Shown: piece by piece, positions 1 through 9,490 of the stretch
How positions within the stretch are numbered: position 1 is the first letter of the stretch
Layout: every line of letters begins with the position of its first letter
Source of the DNA: Bacteroidota bacterium
GTDB lineage: Bacteria; Bacteroidota; Bacteroidia; Bacteroidales; UBA12077
DNA: 64,000 bases
Reading direction: 5' to 3'
Assembly (NCBI GenBank): GCA_020444275.1
Contig: JAHLLG010000005.1
Coordinates: 88,004-152,003, forward strand
Made by a program: the position numbers and the translations under genes
Notes under the pieces: model-generated
The model's input: the letters and a program-made list of their open reading frames with translations, nothing else
The model's database searches: none
What the model was told of the DNA's origin: nothing

Positions 1-1758
1 AGAGTACGTTTTTTTACCTGTTGCTACAGCAGTTGTTTTAGGTACATATTGAACCACTTCTTCTGGTGTAGGCTCTGGTTGTTCTTCTTTAGTTTCTTCA
101 AAGGTTTCAGGTTTTTCTTCTTTTACCACTTCCTGAACTTCTTCAACAGACTCTGTTACCTCAATTTCTGGTTCCGAAACAGGATTTTCAACCACTTCAG
201 AAACTAATTCCTCTTGTTCAACTTCTATTGGATTAAGGGTTGCATTGTATATGAATGAACTCTGACTGTAGTCCTCAGGAATCTCAATTTGATCAGTAAA
301 AGATTCGAAATTTTCGCCTGTTATGGAAACCGTGTATTTCCCCGGATTAATTTCAACTTTAAATTGACCATCGATGGCACTCAATTCTTCCGGATTATTT
401 TCAGAACCTGATTCAATTAAAGAAACCTGAAGATCAGATTCTGTAATCTGGTTTCCCTTCGGATTGGTAATTTTTCCCGCAAGGTAGATTTTTGGAAGAA
501 TGGAAACATAATAAATATCTCTTTTCCCAATTGATGTGGAATCATACATTGAGGTATAGCCTGATGTTAATGAATTATCCGGCACAAAAAACAGATCATC
601 GCCTGTTGTATTAGCCGGGTAACCTAAGTTTAAGGCCATTGATTTCGAATCAAGATCTATGTAAAACACATCGAAACCACCAATACTATTATGGCCCTGC
701 GAACTAAAGAATAAATATTTATCGTCCAGAGTTAAAAATGGTGTTGCTTCATCAAATGGAGTGTTTACTGCAGGTCCTAAATTTTCCGGATCGTTCCATT
801 TTCCTTTTTCATTTAAGGTTGATTTGTAAATATCCATTCCTCCAAATCCTCCATCGCGATCACTGGTGAAATAAAGTGTATTTCCATCTTTTGAAATACA
901 AGCATGTGTTTCGTTGCTCTTTCGTCCATTAATAGTCTTATCTAGTTTATCAGCTTCTGTCCAGTTTCTGCCTTCTCTAAAACAAACAAATATGTCGTTT
1001 TCTTCCGGATCATCAGTAACTAAATAAAGTTGTGACCCATCGTATGATAAACTAGATGTTTTAAGATAGTATTTGTTACTTAACTTTTCGCTGATTCTCT
1101 TGGGAGTATCCCAAACTCCATTCTCTTTAACTGAATAATAGTTGTCAATATAATTTTTTGTGTATGATGTAAATATTACTGTGTTTCCATCGCCGGAGAA
1201 AACAGCCGAAACATTGGGTTCGTCATCATTAATCGGATCTCCAAGGTTTTGTTTGTTTACCCTTAACGGATTTTGGAGAGCTGTTTTGGCATTCTCACAG
1301 GTCTCTATGCGATGATTTGCAGTTGTAAAAAGTTCACTTTCTGGTTTGACCAGATCTTTAAGATTATTATAAACTACAATGGCTTCATCAATACGGTTTT
1401 GTATTTGGTATGCTTCGCCAAGATATAACAAAACATCAACAGGAGTTCTTATTTCGCGAAGAGATTTTTCATCAAAATCCAGCGCAATATCCTGAGAGGC
1501 TTCTTCCAGATACTCCACTGCCTTTTCCTTTTGATCATCGGTTTTGAGGTATAAAACTCCGATTTTATATTTAGCATAAGAGTTGTCAGGAATTTCACGT
1601 ACCATTCGTTGATAAATATCAATAGCTTTATCGTATTTTCTTTCTTCAATTAAATACTGAGCTTCTCCTTCAAGATAATAAATTTCATTCCAGTCTTGTG
1701 CAAAAATGTCTTGGATAAAAAGTAAGCAGATTATAAAAAGTAATACGTTCTTATACAT
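1..1758 (-). CDS. TPR / PD40 (TolB-like beta-propeller) / carboxypeptidase-regulatory-like repeat protein, N-terminal 586 aa; C-terminus lies outside the window
   Basis: Own translation of the open minus frame from the ATG at 1758-1756. It shows a signal peptide (MYKNVLLFIICLLFIQDIFAQ), TPR-like helices, PD40-type motifs (LYFTSDRDGGFGGMDIY; LFFSSQGHNSIGGFDVF), a GKITNPKGN Ig-like module and an E/P/V-rich linker. It is missing from the ORF track because there is no stop codon in the window. Confidence 0.7.
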   Translation of the reverse strand, partial: MYKNVLLFIICLLFIQDIFAQDWNEIYYLEGEAQYLIEERKYDKAIDIYQRMVREIPDNSYAKYKIGVLYLKTDDQKEKAVEYLEEASQDIALDFDEKSLREIRTPVDVLLYLGEAYQIQNRIDEAIVVYNNLKDLVKPESELFTTANHRIETCENAKTALQNPLRVNKQNLGDPINDDEPNVSAVFSGDGNTVIFTSYTKNYIDNYYSVKENGVWDTPKRISEKLSNKYYLKTSSLSYDGSQLYLVTDDPEENDIFVCFREGRNWTEADKLDKTINGRKSNETHACISKDGNTLYFTSDRDGGFGGMDIYKSTLNEKGKWNDPENLGPAVNTPFDEATPFLTLDDKYLFFSSQGHNSIGGFDVFYIDLDSKSMALNLGYPANTTGDDLFFVPDNSLTSGYTSMYDSTSIGKRDIYYVSILPKIYLAGKITNPKGNQITESDLQVSLIESGSENNPEELSAIDGQFKVEINPGKYTVSITGENFESFTDQIEIPEDYSQSSFIYNATLNPIEVEQEELVSEVVENPVSEPEIEVTESVEEVQEVVKEEKPETFEETKEEQPEPTPEEVVQYVPKTTAVATGKKTYS

Positions 1759-1907
1759 TAGGATTCTAGTTCGTTTTAGTTATTTTATAATAACGTTTTT
1801 GACCTCATTAAGTTAGTGTGTTTTGATGAAATAGTCAAATTAATCAAGAATCGGTTAAAATTCTTATACTAAAAACGAAACGCTTCCTTATTAAACCATT
1901 TCTTTAA

Positions 1908-2225
1908 TTATCTTGAAAATGCAGTTTCATGATCAATACATTTTTGTAACACTGCTTTTTTAAGTATGCCTAATTGGTTATGTCTTTTAAAATAAAGTGC
2001 TGCATAATTTCTTTGGATTGTTGTTCCATTAAATAAATAATGCTTAATACGTTCAATGCCATTTCTAGATTTAATCTGGCTAATAGCAAAATCGACCATT
2101 TTAATAATTTGTGTTGATGACTCTTTCGTCAGATATGACATAAAATAGTCAACATCTGTGGCGCGGCCTTGGTTCACTCTTTGGGCAACATCTGCTAGTA
2201 GTAATATTGGTTTTAGTAAAGTCAT
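1908..2225 (-). CDS. hypothetical protein (105 aa)
   Basis: Isolated ORF with no recognisable motif. Coding status rests on length and the absence of a competing ORF. Confidence 0.4.
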   Translation of the reverse strand: MTLLKPILLLADVAQRVNQGRATDVDYFMSYLTKESSTQIIKMVDFAISQIKSRNGIERIKHYLFNGTTIQRNYAALYFKRHNQLGILKKAVLQKCIDHETAFSR

Positions 2226-2306
2226 GATTCTTTTATTTTGTATTCATTGCAAAATTCAGAATCATATTGTTAATTTCTTTTGACTTAAATCAAAAAAACG
2301 ATTGGA

Positions 2307-2867
2307 TTATTTCTTTGATCTGATCCGGCTTAATGTTTCCTGTGAAATACCTAAAATAGAAGCAATATATCCCAGCTTGGCTCTTTTTATGATTTCGGGA
2401 GCAATTTCTATCAATGCGTTATATTTTTCTGAAGCACTCATTAAACTGAATCTTTTTGAGAATTCATCAATAGCAGAAAATTGTTTGGTAAGCAATTCCT
2501 GACTGAATGAATTGAATTCGGGGTACTGATTTAACTCCACGCTTTTTTCATAACTAAGACTAATTAATTCAGAATCTTCAATAGCTTGAATAGTTTCCTG
2601 TGATGGTTTCTGCTGAAAATAACTGTGCATTGAAGTAAACATTTCATTTTCTGCATGAATCCATGTAGTTATTTCTTTCCCATTATTGTAATAAAACTTT
2701 CTTAATAATCCTTTTTTGATAAACCATACCTTGTTAGCTCTGTCTCCCTGGCGAAGAACGATCTCATTTTTCTCGTACGATTCAAATACAACTCTTTGTT
2801 CGAGAGCTACAACTGAGCTTTCACTAAGATTTGAGTATTGATTTATAAATTTGATGAGCTCCTGCAT
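2307..2867 (-). CDS. Crp/Fnr-family transcriptional regulator (cNMP-binding domain + HTH)
   Basis: N-terminal beta-roll (VLRQGDRANKVWFIKKGLLRKF) and C-terminal HTH (LGYIASILGISQETLSRIR). Starts 5 nt after the glsA stop. Confidence 0.8.
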   Translation of the reverse strand: MQELIKFINQYSNLSESSVVALEQRVVFESYEKNEIVLRQGDRANKVWFIKKGLLRKFYYNNGKEITTWIHAENEMFTSMHSYFQQKPSQETIQAIEDSELISLSYEKSVELNQYPEFNSFSQELLTKQFSAIDEFSKRFSLMSASEKYNALIEIAPEIIKRAKLGYIASILGISQETLSRIRSKK

Positions 2868-2872
2868 ACAGT

Positions 2873-3787
2873 TTAAAATATTGACATTCCGGTTTTTGTG
2901 GTAAAAAGTTCTAATGCTTTTATACCAGCTAATGAGTTTCCCTTTTTATTTAGTGCCGGACTCCAAACGGCAACACTTAGTTCATTAGGAATAATTGCTG
3001 CAATACCTCCACCAACACCACTCTTGCCTGGCATTCCCACAAGATATGAAAAATCACCTGCTTCATCATAGGTTCCACAGGTTAACAATAGCGCATTGAT
3101 TCTTTTGGCCTGGCTTTTTGTAAGTACTCTTTGTTTCTTGTCGGGAATTAAACCATGATTACTTAAAAACAAAAACGATTTGGCAAGTTCTTTTGTTGTC
3201 ATGGTAATAGAGCAGTAATGAAAATATACATCCAAAACTTTTTCCACATCATTTTGAATGTTGTTTTGGCTTCGCAAAAAATTAACCAAGGCGGCATTGG
3301 TAAAACCATTTTCTCGTTCCGATTGTGCAACTCGTTTATCGTAATTGATATTCCGTGAGTCACTAAGAGATCGAACAAAGTTTAGTAACTCGGTATATGG
3401 TTCTTTTAAAGTAGTAATTAACATATCAGTAATTACCAGAGCTCCGGCATTAATAAACGGATTTCTTGGGATTCCATTTTCATATTCCAATTGAACCAAA
3501 GAGTTAAAAGCATTACCTGAGGGTTCCCGACCTACCCGTTTCCAGATGTTTTCACCTAATTTTGAAAAAGCCAGGGTTAAACTAAAAACTTTAGAGATAC
3601 TTTGAATCGAAAATTTTTCATCCACATCACCTACTGAAAATGATTCGCCATTTATTGTAGAAACCGACATGCCAAATTTACTGGAATCAATTTCGGCCAG
3701 TGCCGGGATATAGTCAGCTACTTTTCCTTTTCCAATAACTTCAGTTAATTCGCTTGTAATTTCAGAAAGAATTTTAGTGTAGTCCAT
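2873..3787 (-). CDS. glsA: glutaminase A
   Basis: Serine-dependent glutaminase motifs SISKVF, NPFINAGA and PGKSGVGGGI. I set the start at MDYTKIL; the ORF-track start at 3823 adds 12 hydrophobic residues. Confidence 0.85.
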   Translation of the reverse strand: MDYTKILSEITSELTEVIGKGKVADYIPALAEIDSSKFGMSVSTINGESFSVGDVDEKFSIQSISKVFSLTLAFSKLGENIWKRVGREPSGNAFNSLVQLEYENGIPRNPFINAGALVITDMLITTLKEPYTELLNFVRSLSDSRNINYDKRVAQSERENGFTNAALVNFLRSQNNIQNDVEKVLDVYFHYCSITMTTKELAKSFLFLSNHGLIPDKKQRVLTKSQAKRINALLLTCGTYDEAGDFSYLVGMPGKSGVGGGIAAIIPNELSVAVWSPALNKKGNSLAGIKALELFTTKTGMSIF

Positions 3788-3940
3788 ATTAATAATAAAA
3801 TAATGGTATAAAAGTACAAACAAATAAAATTTAACAACTATTTACTACTTGATTTTACGTTAACTATTCTCTGAAAGGGATCAAATAATAGTTAATTTTG
3901 GTTATAACGCTAATGATTATTTGAACCATTTACTGTGGAA

Positions 3941-4558
3941 TTAATAATTGAATATGTCATATTCTCTAATAGTTACATCAAAACGTCCATGAGAAATAGA
4001 TTTTGGTTCATTGTTAATTAGTAGCTGAAAGTTGAATATGCCGGATAAAATTACCTCTGTTGGTTCTTCATCTATGAAAAGGTGTTGCGCTTTTTTAAAG
4101 TGAAACTCCCCCATTGGAATTGAAGGCTTAATCGTGTCTTTACCTAAGATAAAAACCATGCTGCAATCGTCATTGGTTAAATCAATTATTGAATCATTCA
4201 AGAGAATGAGGTCTGTGTATTCTGAAATATTTAAGTTGTTTAATGTTAGTGTCATAGCCATATTGGTTTCATAAAAACCACGAGAGTAATGGCTATCGCC
4301 AGCATTGTTTAATTGACCGCTAAATGTAAACGAGGTTATATTATTTGAGGATACTACTTTAAGAGGTGTGGTGTAATCGTTTGATATGAATACCTGCCTA
4401 TCATAATATGCACCAAATGTATTATAACCCCATTCTGAATAAATGGGTAAATTAGGATATTCAGCATCGTAAATAAGTATTGATTTTTCCAGATCGTAAT
4501 CGCTGCTACACGAAGCAAATAGGCTCAAGGTGAGTAGGTATAATACTATTTTTCTCAT
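3941..4558 (-). CDS. hypothetical lipoprotein
   Basis: SpII-type signal MRKIVLYLLTLSLFASCSSD. No known domain recognised. Confidence 0.55.
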   Translation of the reverse strand: MRKIVLYLLTLSLFASCSSDYDLEKSILIYDAEYPNLPIYSEWGYNTFGAYYDRQVFISNDYTTPLKVVSSNNITSFTFSGQLNNAGDSHYSRGFYETNMAMTLTLNNLNISEYTDLILLNDSIIDLTNDDCSMVFILGKDTIKPSIPMGEFHFKKAQHLFIDEEPTEVILSGIFNFQLLINNEPKSISHGRFDVTIREYDIFNY

Positions 4559-4569
4559 AATTAAAAAGT

Positions 4570-5355
4570 TTAAAAAGGTACTTGAACAAATAACCGGAAT
4601 CCTGCACCTATGTCTGGCTCAACCAAACCAGACGAATATTCGGACAAGATTGCTGTTGGTAAATCAAGTTCAAAATTTAAATATGCTTTATGCCTTAAAG
4701 AGATATTAAATCCAATTGCAGCATGCCCTGCTAAAAATACACGATCAGGAGAATCAAACTTATCTATTATTTCTTCTTCATAAATATTCATCGATTCTTT
4801 AATAAATATAACATTGGATGAATAATTTAATAAGAAGCTGCACTCTAATCCGAGTTTAAAATATAAATTAAACTTTCTTGGTTGAAAAGGAAGGATTCTA
4901 AGTTCAACAGGAATTCCTAAATAGTTTGACGAGCCATTTACTTCCTCAACTCGTAAATAATGAGTGGTAGTTTCTTCTTGACTTAAAAGAACATAGTAAT
5001 GTTCTCCTCTCTCATACCAGTATGATTCTTCTCCTAACGAATTATTAATCCTTGAGAATCGCAAACCACTGCTTAAACCAAACAAATTATTTTTTGTACG
5101 AATCTCACAGGCAATTCCAAAATAAAACTTTTGAAAGTAGGCTGTAAGATGATTTGTTGATGAGCCTGTTCCGTAAGCATCTATATCGCCACGGATGAAA
5201 TCAAATTCAGGAATATCACTATTCAGAAAATCAATTCCTGTTTCAAAACTTATAAATTTAGACCTATCGAGGTTTACACTATAATCTTGTGCTATAATAA
5301 ATTTATAGAAAAAGATTAATACAACGATTGAAAAGAATCTTACTGATTTAATCAT
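4570..5355 (-). CDS. putative outer-membrane beta-barrel protein
   Basis: Signal peptide, alternating hydrophobic beta-strand pattern and a C-terminal aromatic residue (…FVQVPF). Lies 11 nt upstream of the lipoprotein gene. Confidence 0.5.
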   Translation of the reverse strand: MIKSVRFFSIVVLIFFYKFIIAQDYSVNLDRSKFISFETGIDFLNSDIPEFDFIRGDIDAYGTGSSTNHLTAYFQKFYFGIACEIRTKNNLFGLSSGLRFSRINNSLGEESYWYERGEHYYVLLSQEETTTHYLRVEEVNGSSNYLGIPVELRILPFQPRKFNLYFKLGLECSFLLNYSSNVIFIKESMNIYEEEIIDKFDSPDRVFLAGHAAIGFNISLRHKAYLNFELDLPTAILSEYSSGLVEPDIGAGFRLFVQVPF

Positions 5356-5466
5356 TTTTGCAAAAAAAAGGTTAATAACCGGGGTTTGTTATTAGAGAAG
5401 ATGAGCTATTTAAAAAAAGGGTTGCTTGCTATACTATATAATATTAAGAATTTATTTGTTATTGAA

Positions 5467-5904
5467 CTATAATCCTGCTTCGTGCAGTTTGTTTTTATCA
5501 ATTAACTGCATATTGTTAAATAGACTGTTTTTATCGTTTAGCAACTTTTGAATTGCACGTTTGGCATTATTCCTTGGATTGCTTTCGGCATTTCTTACGC
5601 TATGAGCAATTAATTTAAATTGCGTTTTTAAATCTTTATTCAGTGATCCGGGGCTTAACCGTACCGATAAAAACTGATAATAAATTTCCCGTTCATATCT
5701 GTAGTACCATTTAATCCCTGATCCACTAATGAATTTGGTGTGTTTTGGTTGTATGGAAATATCCAAACCTGTAACCGGGCATCGTTTAACTTTTTGAACT
5801 TGAGTAGGTTTCAGATCGGATTGATGAATCATATGATTGAAAAAATCATACATTTTATATATCAAATTCTTGTCCATTTGTTGATGTTTTATTTTGATAT
5901 ACAA
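5467..5904 (-). CDS. hypothetical protein (145 aa; alternative start MDKNL at 5877)
   Basis: ORF only, basic, no recognised motif. Confidence 0.4.
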   Translation of the reverse strand: MYIKIKHQQMDKNLIYKMYDFFNHMIHQSDLKPTQVQKVKRCPVTGLDISIQPKHTKFISGSGIKWYYRYEREIYYQFLSVRLSPGSLNKDLKTQFKLIAHSVRNAESNPRNNAKRAIQKLLNDKNSLFNNMQLIDKNKLHEAGL

Positions 5905-6085
5905 GTTATTAAATGGAGTACCCTGTTGTCAAATTTTAAGAAAGGTACTTATGAAGAAGTTATTAACTTATGGCAGAAGATATTTTAATTAAATCGGCAA
6001 GACAACAGAAATCATATTCCTATTAATTGTGTTATTTATTCGTATTGTATAGAATCAGTTTAGTATAGCTTATGTTTGGAGCTTT

Positions 6086-6787
6086 CTATGTATATATGTG
6101 TTTTAATGAATCCATCAGGTTGGATAATTCCGGATAAGGTTTATCGTAATGGTTTATATAAATATCTGTATGAAACTCTTCAATTTCTCTTAATACAGGA
6201 AGTGTTTTTTTCCACTTGTTAGGACTAACACAAGACAAAAACATATTTCTGCTTTCCTCAATTCTACTATTTGCTTTATTAAGGATTTCTTGTCCATATT
6301 TCGTTAATTTAAGCAGTTTAGCGCGCTTATCTTTCTTATCTTGTAATTCATATAACAAACCATTCTTGATTAATCTTCCTATAGTGTCCATTCCTGTGGT
6401 ATATTCAACTAAATGAATGTTTATTAATTCTGTTTTTCTTGCCTCCTCATATCGGTTAATAGTATACAAGAAAGTATATTCCAATCTTGAGTTTATGGGT
6501 AAGTCAACAAGGTATTTTCTTATATAAAATTCTTCAAAGCGCGCAATTTTAAAAATATATTCCTGAAAACGAGTTTTAAGATCCAGTTTCTCAATATATT
6601 GAGATGATTCCGAGATTGCATTTTTTTCTACTTTTGGTTCTAGTTTCGTATTTTCTATTGATTCTTCATTTATCTGCTCTGTTACCCATCTTGAAAAATT
6701 TAAGATGTTATGTTCTTCTACCACCTCCTCTTCGAAAGCTTCCCACAAATCAATAATCTGTTTTATAATCTCGTACTTACCTTTCAT
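6086..6787 (-). CDS. MarR-like winged-helix regulator with a ~100-aa N-terminal extension
   Basis: wHTH segment (RKTELINIHLVEYTTGMDTIGRLIKNGLLYELQDKKDKRAKLLKLTKYGQEIL). I set the start at MKGKYEI; the ORF-track start is 6835. Confidence 0.55.
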   Translation of the reverse strand: MKGKYEIIKQIIDLWEAFEEEVVEEHNILNFSRWVTEQINEESIENTKLEPKVEKNAISESSQYIEKLDLKTRFQEYIFKIARFEEFYIRKYLVDLPINSRLEYTFLYTINRYEEARKTELINIHLVEYTTGMDTIGRLIKNGLLYELQDKKDKRAKLLKLTKYGQEILNKANSRIEESRNMFLSCVSPNKWKKTLPVLREIEEFHTDIYINHYDKPYPELSNLMDSLKHIYT

Positions 6788-6981
6788 AGTTTTAGTGTTT
6801 AAGTACAAATATAAATAATAACAAGAATATCGCATGCGACATAATTAAAAATAACATGAAAATAATCATCTCAGAACTGATTGTATGATGAGATAACTGT
6901 TTGCGAGAGATTGTGTTTAGAAACATAACCGTCTAAACAGCTTTTATATGATAAAACTTTGAATGTTAGATTGGAATACCA

Positions 6982-6989
6982 TACATTTG
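6982..6989 (+). promoter_or_regulatory. Bacteroidota sigma-A -7 box TAcaTTTG
   Basis: Exact TAnnTTTG match 58 nt upstream of the 7047 ORF. It is followed by a 9-bp leader hairpin (6993-7001 / 7013-7021). Confidence 0.5.
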
Positions 6990-7046
6990 TATCGTAACCG
7001 ATGCAAAGTAATTCGGTTGCGATTTAATTAACAAAAACCTAAAACT

Positions 7047-7490
7047 ATGATTAATACAGCACGCAAACAGAAAACCATGATGTTTTGGGAAAACAAAGCG
7101 ATAACTAATAACGATTTCGGTAGACTGATTGGTCAAATTACCGAGGATATTGGAAGATCACACGTGCCTCCAAGTGGGCTGCACTCTTTGTACTTATTGC
7201 TTAAAAAAAGTAAAATATATCAATCTCTAAATGTCCCTAAAAATATTGTTACTATAAATTCTAAAATAATTCTATCTACTGAAAATAAACATAAACATTT
7301 TGTGACGATTGTGCTTCCGGGAGATATTAAAAACAGAAATGATGTTTCAGTTTATAGTCCAATTGGATTGGCTTGTCTTGGCGCTAAAGAAAAGGATTTT
7401 GTTAATATTAAATTTAAAAATGCAACACAAAGACTTTTCATTGAGAAAATAGTTTTTCAGCCAGAAAAGGAAAAGTTACTGTATTTATAA
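7047..7490 (+). CDS. GreA/GreB-family, Rnk-like regulator (paralogue 1)
   Basis: C-terminal GreA-type domain motif VSVYSPIGLACLGAKEKDFV. Start uncertain; alternative MMFWEN at 7077. Confidence 0.65.
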   Translation: MINTARKQKTMMFWENKAITNNDFGRLIGQITEDIGRSHVPPSGLHSLYLLLKKSKIYQSLNVPKNIVTINSKIILSTENKHKHFVTIVLPGDIKNRNDVSVYSPIGLACLGAKEKDFVNIKFKNATQRLFIEKIVFQPEKEKLLYL

Positions 7491-7581
7491 ACTAAAATAA
7501 CGATTACAATGGCTTTTCTAATATTACTCATTATTGTCATTATTATTATTAATTACAATGATGTATTTATTATTAAGAAAC

Positions 7582-7992
7582 ATGAAAAAAATAAAAATAA
7601 CAGAACTTGATTACATCCGGTTGAGTAAGATATTACACTTGGCCCGAGGTAAGAATGATACCGATATAAAAAACCTTGATGAATTGGCTATTGAAATAAA
7701 TAGAGCAGAGAAGATAGATTCTAAAAAGATATCTCACAATGTTATAACCATGAATTCAGTTGTTAAATTGTTAAACGAAGAAACAAAGAGCCAAATTATA
7801 ATCAAAATAGTATATCCGGAAGAAGCCGATTTTAAAAAAGGATTTGTTTCAATTCTTTCGCCTTTAGGAACTGCTTTGCTTGGATATGAAAAAGGAGATC
7901 AAGTGCTATTTAATGCTCCAAAGGGAAAGGTGAAAATAAGTATTTTAGATATAAAGTACCAACCCGAATCTAATGGAGATTATTTAATGTGA
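7582..7992 (+). CDS. GreA/GreB-family, Rnk-like regulator (paralogue 2)
   Basis: Motif VSILSPLGTALLGYEKGDQVLFNAPKG. I set the start at MKKIKITELDY; the ORF-track start at 7534 is a non-ATG hydrophobic extension. Confidence 0.7.
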   Translation: MKKIKITELDYIRLSKILHLARGKNDTDIKNLDELAIEINRAEKIDSKKISHNVITMNSVVKLLNEETKSQIIIKIVYPEEADFKKGFVSILSPLGTALLGYEKGDQVLFNAPKGKVKISILDIKYQPESNGDYLM

Positions 7993-8065
7993 TAATATGA
8001 ATATAATACAAACTACCGTAGTTAGTATTCCATAATATACATTTAATCATTAAAACATTATTATT

Positions 8066-9406
8066 ATGAATGTAGATAAATTAATGCTAGAGCTAGAGAA
8101 AAAACATCCTGGTGAATCTGAATATCTTCAGGCAGTAAGAGAAGTATTAGAATCAATTGAGGAAGTATATAACCAAAACCCTCAATTTGAAGCCGCGGGA
8201 ATAATAGAAAGAATCGTGGAACCTGATCGTATATTAACTTTTAAAGTACCCTGGGTTGGAGATGATGGGAAAGTATATGTAAACATTGGTTATAGGGTGC
8301 AGTTCAATAACGCAATTGGACCTTACAAAGGAGGATTACGTTTTCACCCAAGTGTAACCTTAAGTGGATTGAAATTTTTAGGATTTGAGCAAATCTTTAA
8401 AAACTCACTAACAACGTTACCTATGGGAGGAGGCAAAGGAGGATCTGACTTTAACCCGAAAGGGAAGTCAGATGCTGAAGTTATGCGATTTTGTCAGAGT
8501 TTCATGATGGAACTTTGGAGATTTATCGGTCCTGAAACTGATGTTCCTGCTGGAGATATTGGAGTAGGCGGACGAGAAATCGGATATTTATATGGAATAT
8601 ACAGAAAATTAGCCAGAGAAAATACGGGTGTATTTACAGGTAAAGGAATAAACTGGGGAGGAAGCTTAGTTCGCCCGGAGGCCACAGGTTTTGGGAATGT
8701 ATATTTCGCTAAAGAAATGTTAGCAACAAAGGGCGAATCTTTCGAAGGTAAAACAGTTGCTGTTTCTGGATTTGGAAACGTATCATGGGGAGCAGTACAA
8801 AAAGCTACAGAGTTAGGAGCCAAAGTAGTTACAATTTCAGGTCCGGATGGATATATCTATGATCCGGACGGAATTAATACTCAAGATAAGTTTGACTATA
8901 TGTTAGAGTTACGTGCATCTAATAATGATATTGTAAAACCATATTCATATAAATATGAAAATGCTCAGTTCTTTGAGAACAAAAGACCCTGGGAGCAAAA
9001 AGTGGATATCGCACTTCCATGTGCAATTCAAAATGAGTTAAACAAAGAAGATGCAGAAGCTTTAGTAAAAAATGGAGTAATAGCAGTTTCAGAAGGGTCT
9101 AATATGGGCTGTACTCCAGAGGCCATAAAAACTTTCCTTGATGCAAAAATACTGTTTGGTCCGGGGAAAGCTGCTAATGCCGGAGGTGTTTCAACTTCAG
9201 GATTAGAGATGTCTCAGAATTCAATGAAGTACAATTGGTCTGCTGAAGAAGTTGATGAAAAATTACACTCAATTATGTGTAACATTCACGAAGCATGCGT
9301 AAAACACGGAAAAGATGCCGATGGGTTTGTTGATTATGTGAAAGGTGCAAACATTGCAGGTTTCTTAAAAGTTGCTAATGCAATGTTGGATCAAGGAGTT
9401 AATTAG
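8066..9406 (+). CDS. gdhA: NADP-specific glutamate dehydrogenase
   Basis: Full-length 446 aa. Motifs LPMGGGKGGSDFNPKG and the GFGNVSWGA dinucleotide fold. Confidence 0.95.
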   Translation: MNVDKLMLELEKKHPGESEYLQAVREVLESIEEVYNQNPQFEAAGIIERIVEPDRILTFKVPWVGDDGKVYVNIGYRVQFNNAIGPYKGGLRFHPSVTLSGLKFLGFEQIFKNSLTTLPMGGGKGGSDFNPKGKSDAEVMRFCQSFMMELWRFIGPETDVPAGDIGVGGREIGYLYGIYRKLARENTGVFTGKGINWGGSLVRPEATGFGNVYFAKEMLATKGESFEGKTVAVSGFGNVSWGAVQKATELGAKVVTISGPDGYIYDPDGINTQDKFDYMLELRASNNDIVKPYSYKYENAQFFENKRPWEQKVDIALPCAIQNELNKEDAEALVKNGVIAVSEGSNMGCTPEAIKTFLDAKILFGPGKAANAGGVSTSGLEMSQNSMKYNWSAEEVDEKLHSIMCNIHEACVKHGKDADGFVDYVKGANIAGFLKVANAMLDQGVN

Positions 9407-9446
9407 CCATAATAACTCACATTACACTAGTTTGTAATTAATGGTA

Positions 9447-9477
9447 GGAAGGGAGTTTATGCTCCCTTCTTTTTTTA
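9447..9477 (+). terminator. rho-independent terminator of gdhA
   Basis: Stem gaagggag / ctcccttc (9448-9455 / 9462-9469) followed by a T-run. Confidence 0.7.
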
Positions 9478-9490
9478 TGGAGGAATCTAA

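Noticed and set aside
5740-5988. ORF 5740-5988 (+) and ORF 6216-6416 (+)
   Set aside because: They are antisense to, or overlap, the better-supported minus-strand genes and their promoter region. No motifs were found.
7534-7581. N-terminal extensions given by the ORF track (e.g. 7534, 3823, 6835, 11801, 32573, 39865, 45221, 45629, 58633)
   Set aside because: Most begin at non-ATG codons or add hydrophobic or odd residues ahead of a canonical ATG that sits at the expected family N-terminus or signal peptide. In two cases (11801, 45221/45629) the alternative start lies inside a promoter box or repeat.
8494-8823. ORF-track entries lying antisense or out of frame inside confident genes. These include 8494-8823 in gdhA; 13181-13363 in dxr; 20403-20722, 22011-22277 and 22811-22993 in the uvrA-like gene; 35547-35807 in sufB; 39010-39237 in sufS; 47570-47788 and 48384-48643 in the receptor; 55286-55579 and 56102-56317 in the lipoprotein gene; 56997-57599 in dinB; and 62775-63398 in groEL
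   Set aside because: Each is fully embedded in a longer ORF with strong family motifs. Their translations are low-complexity or hydrophobic nonsense typical of shadow frames.
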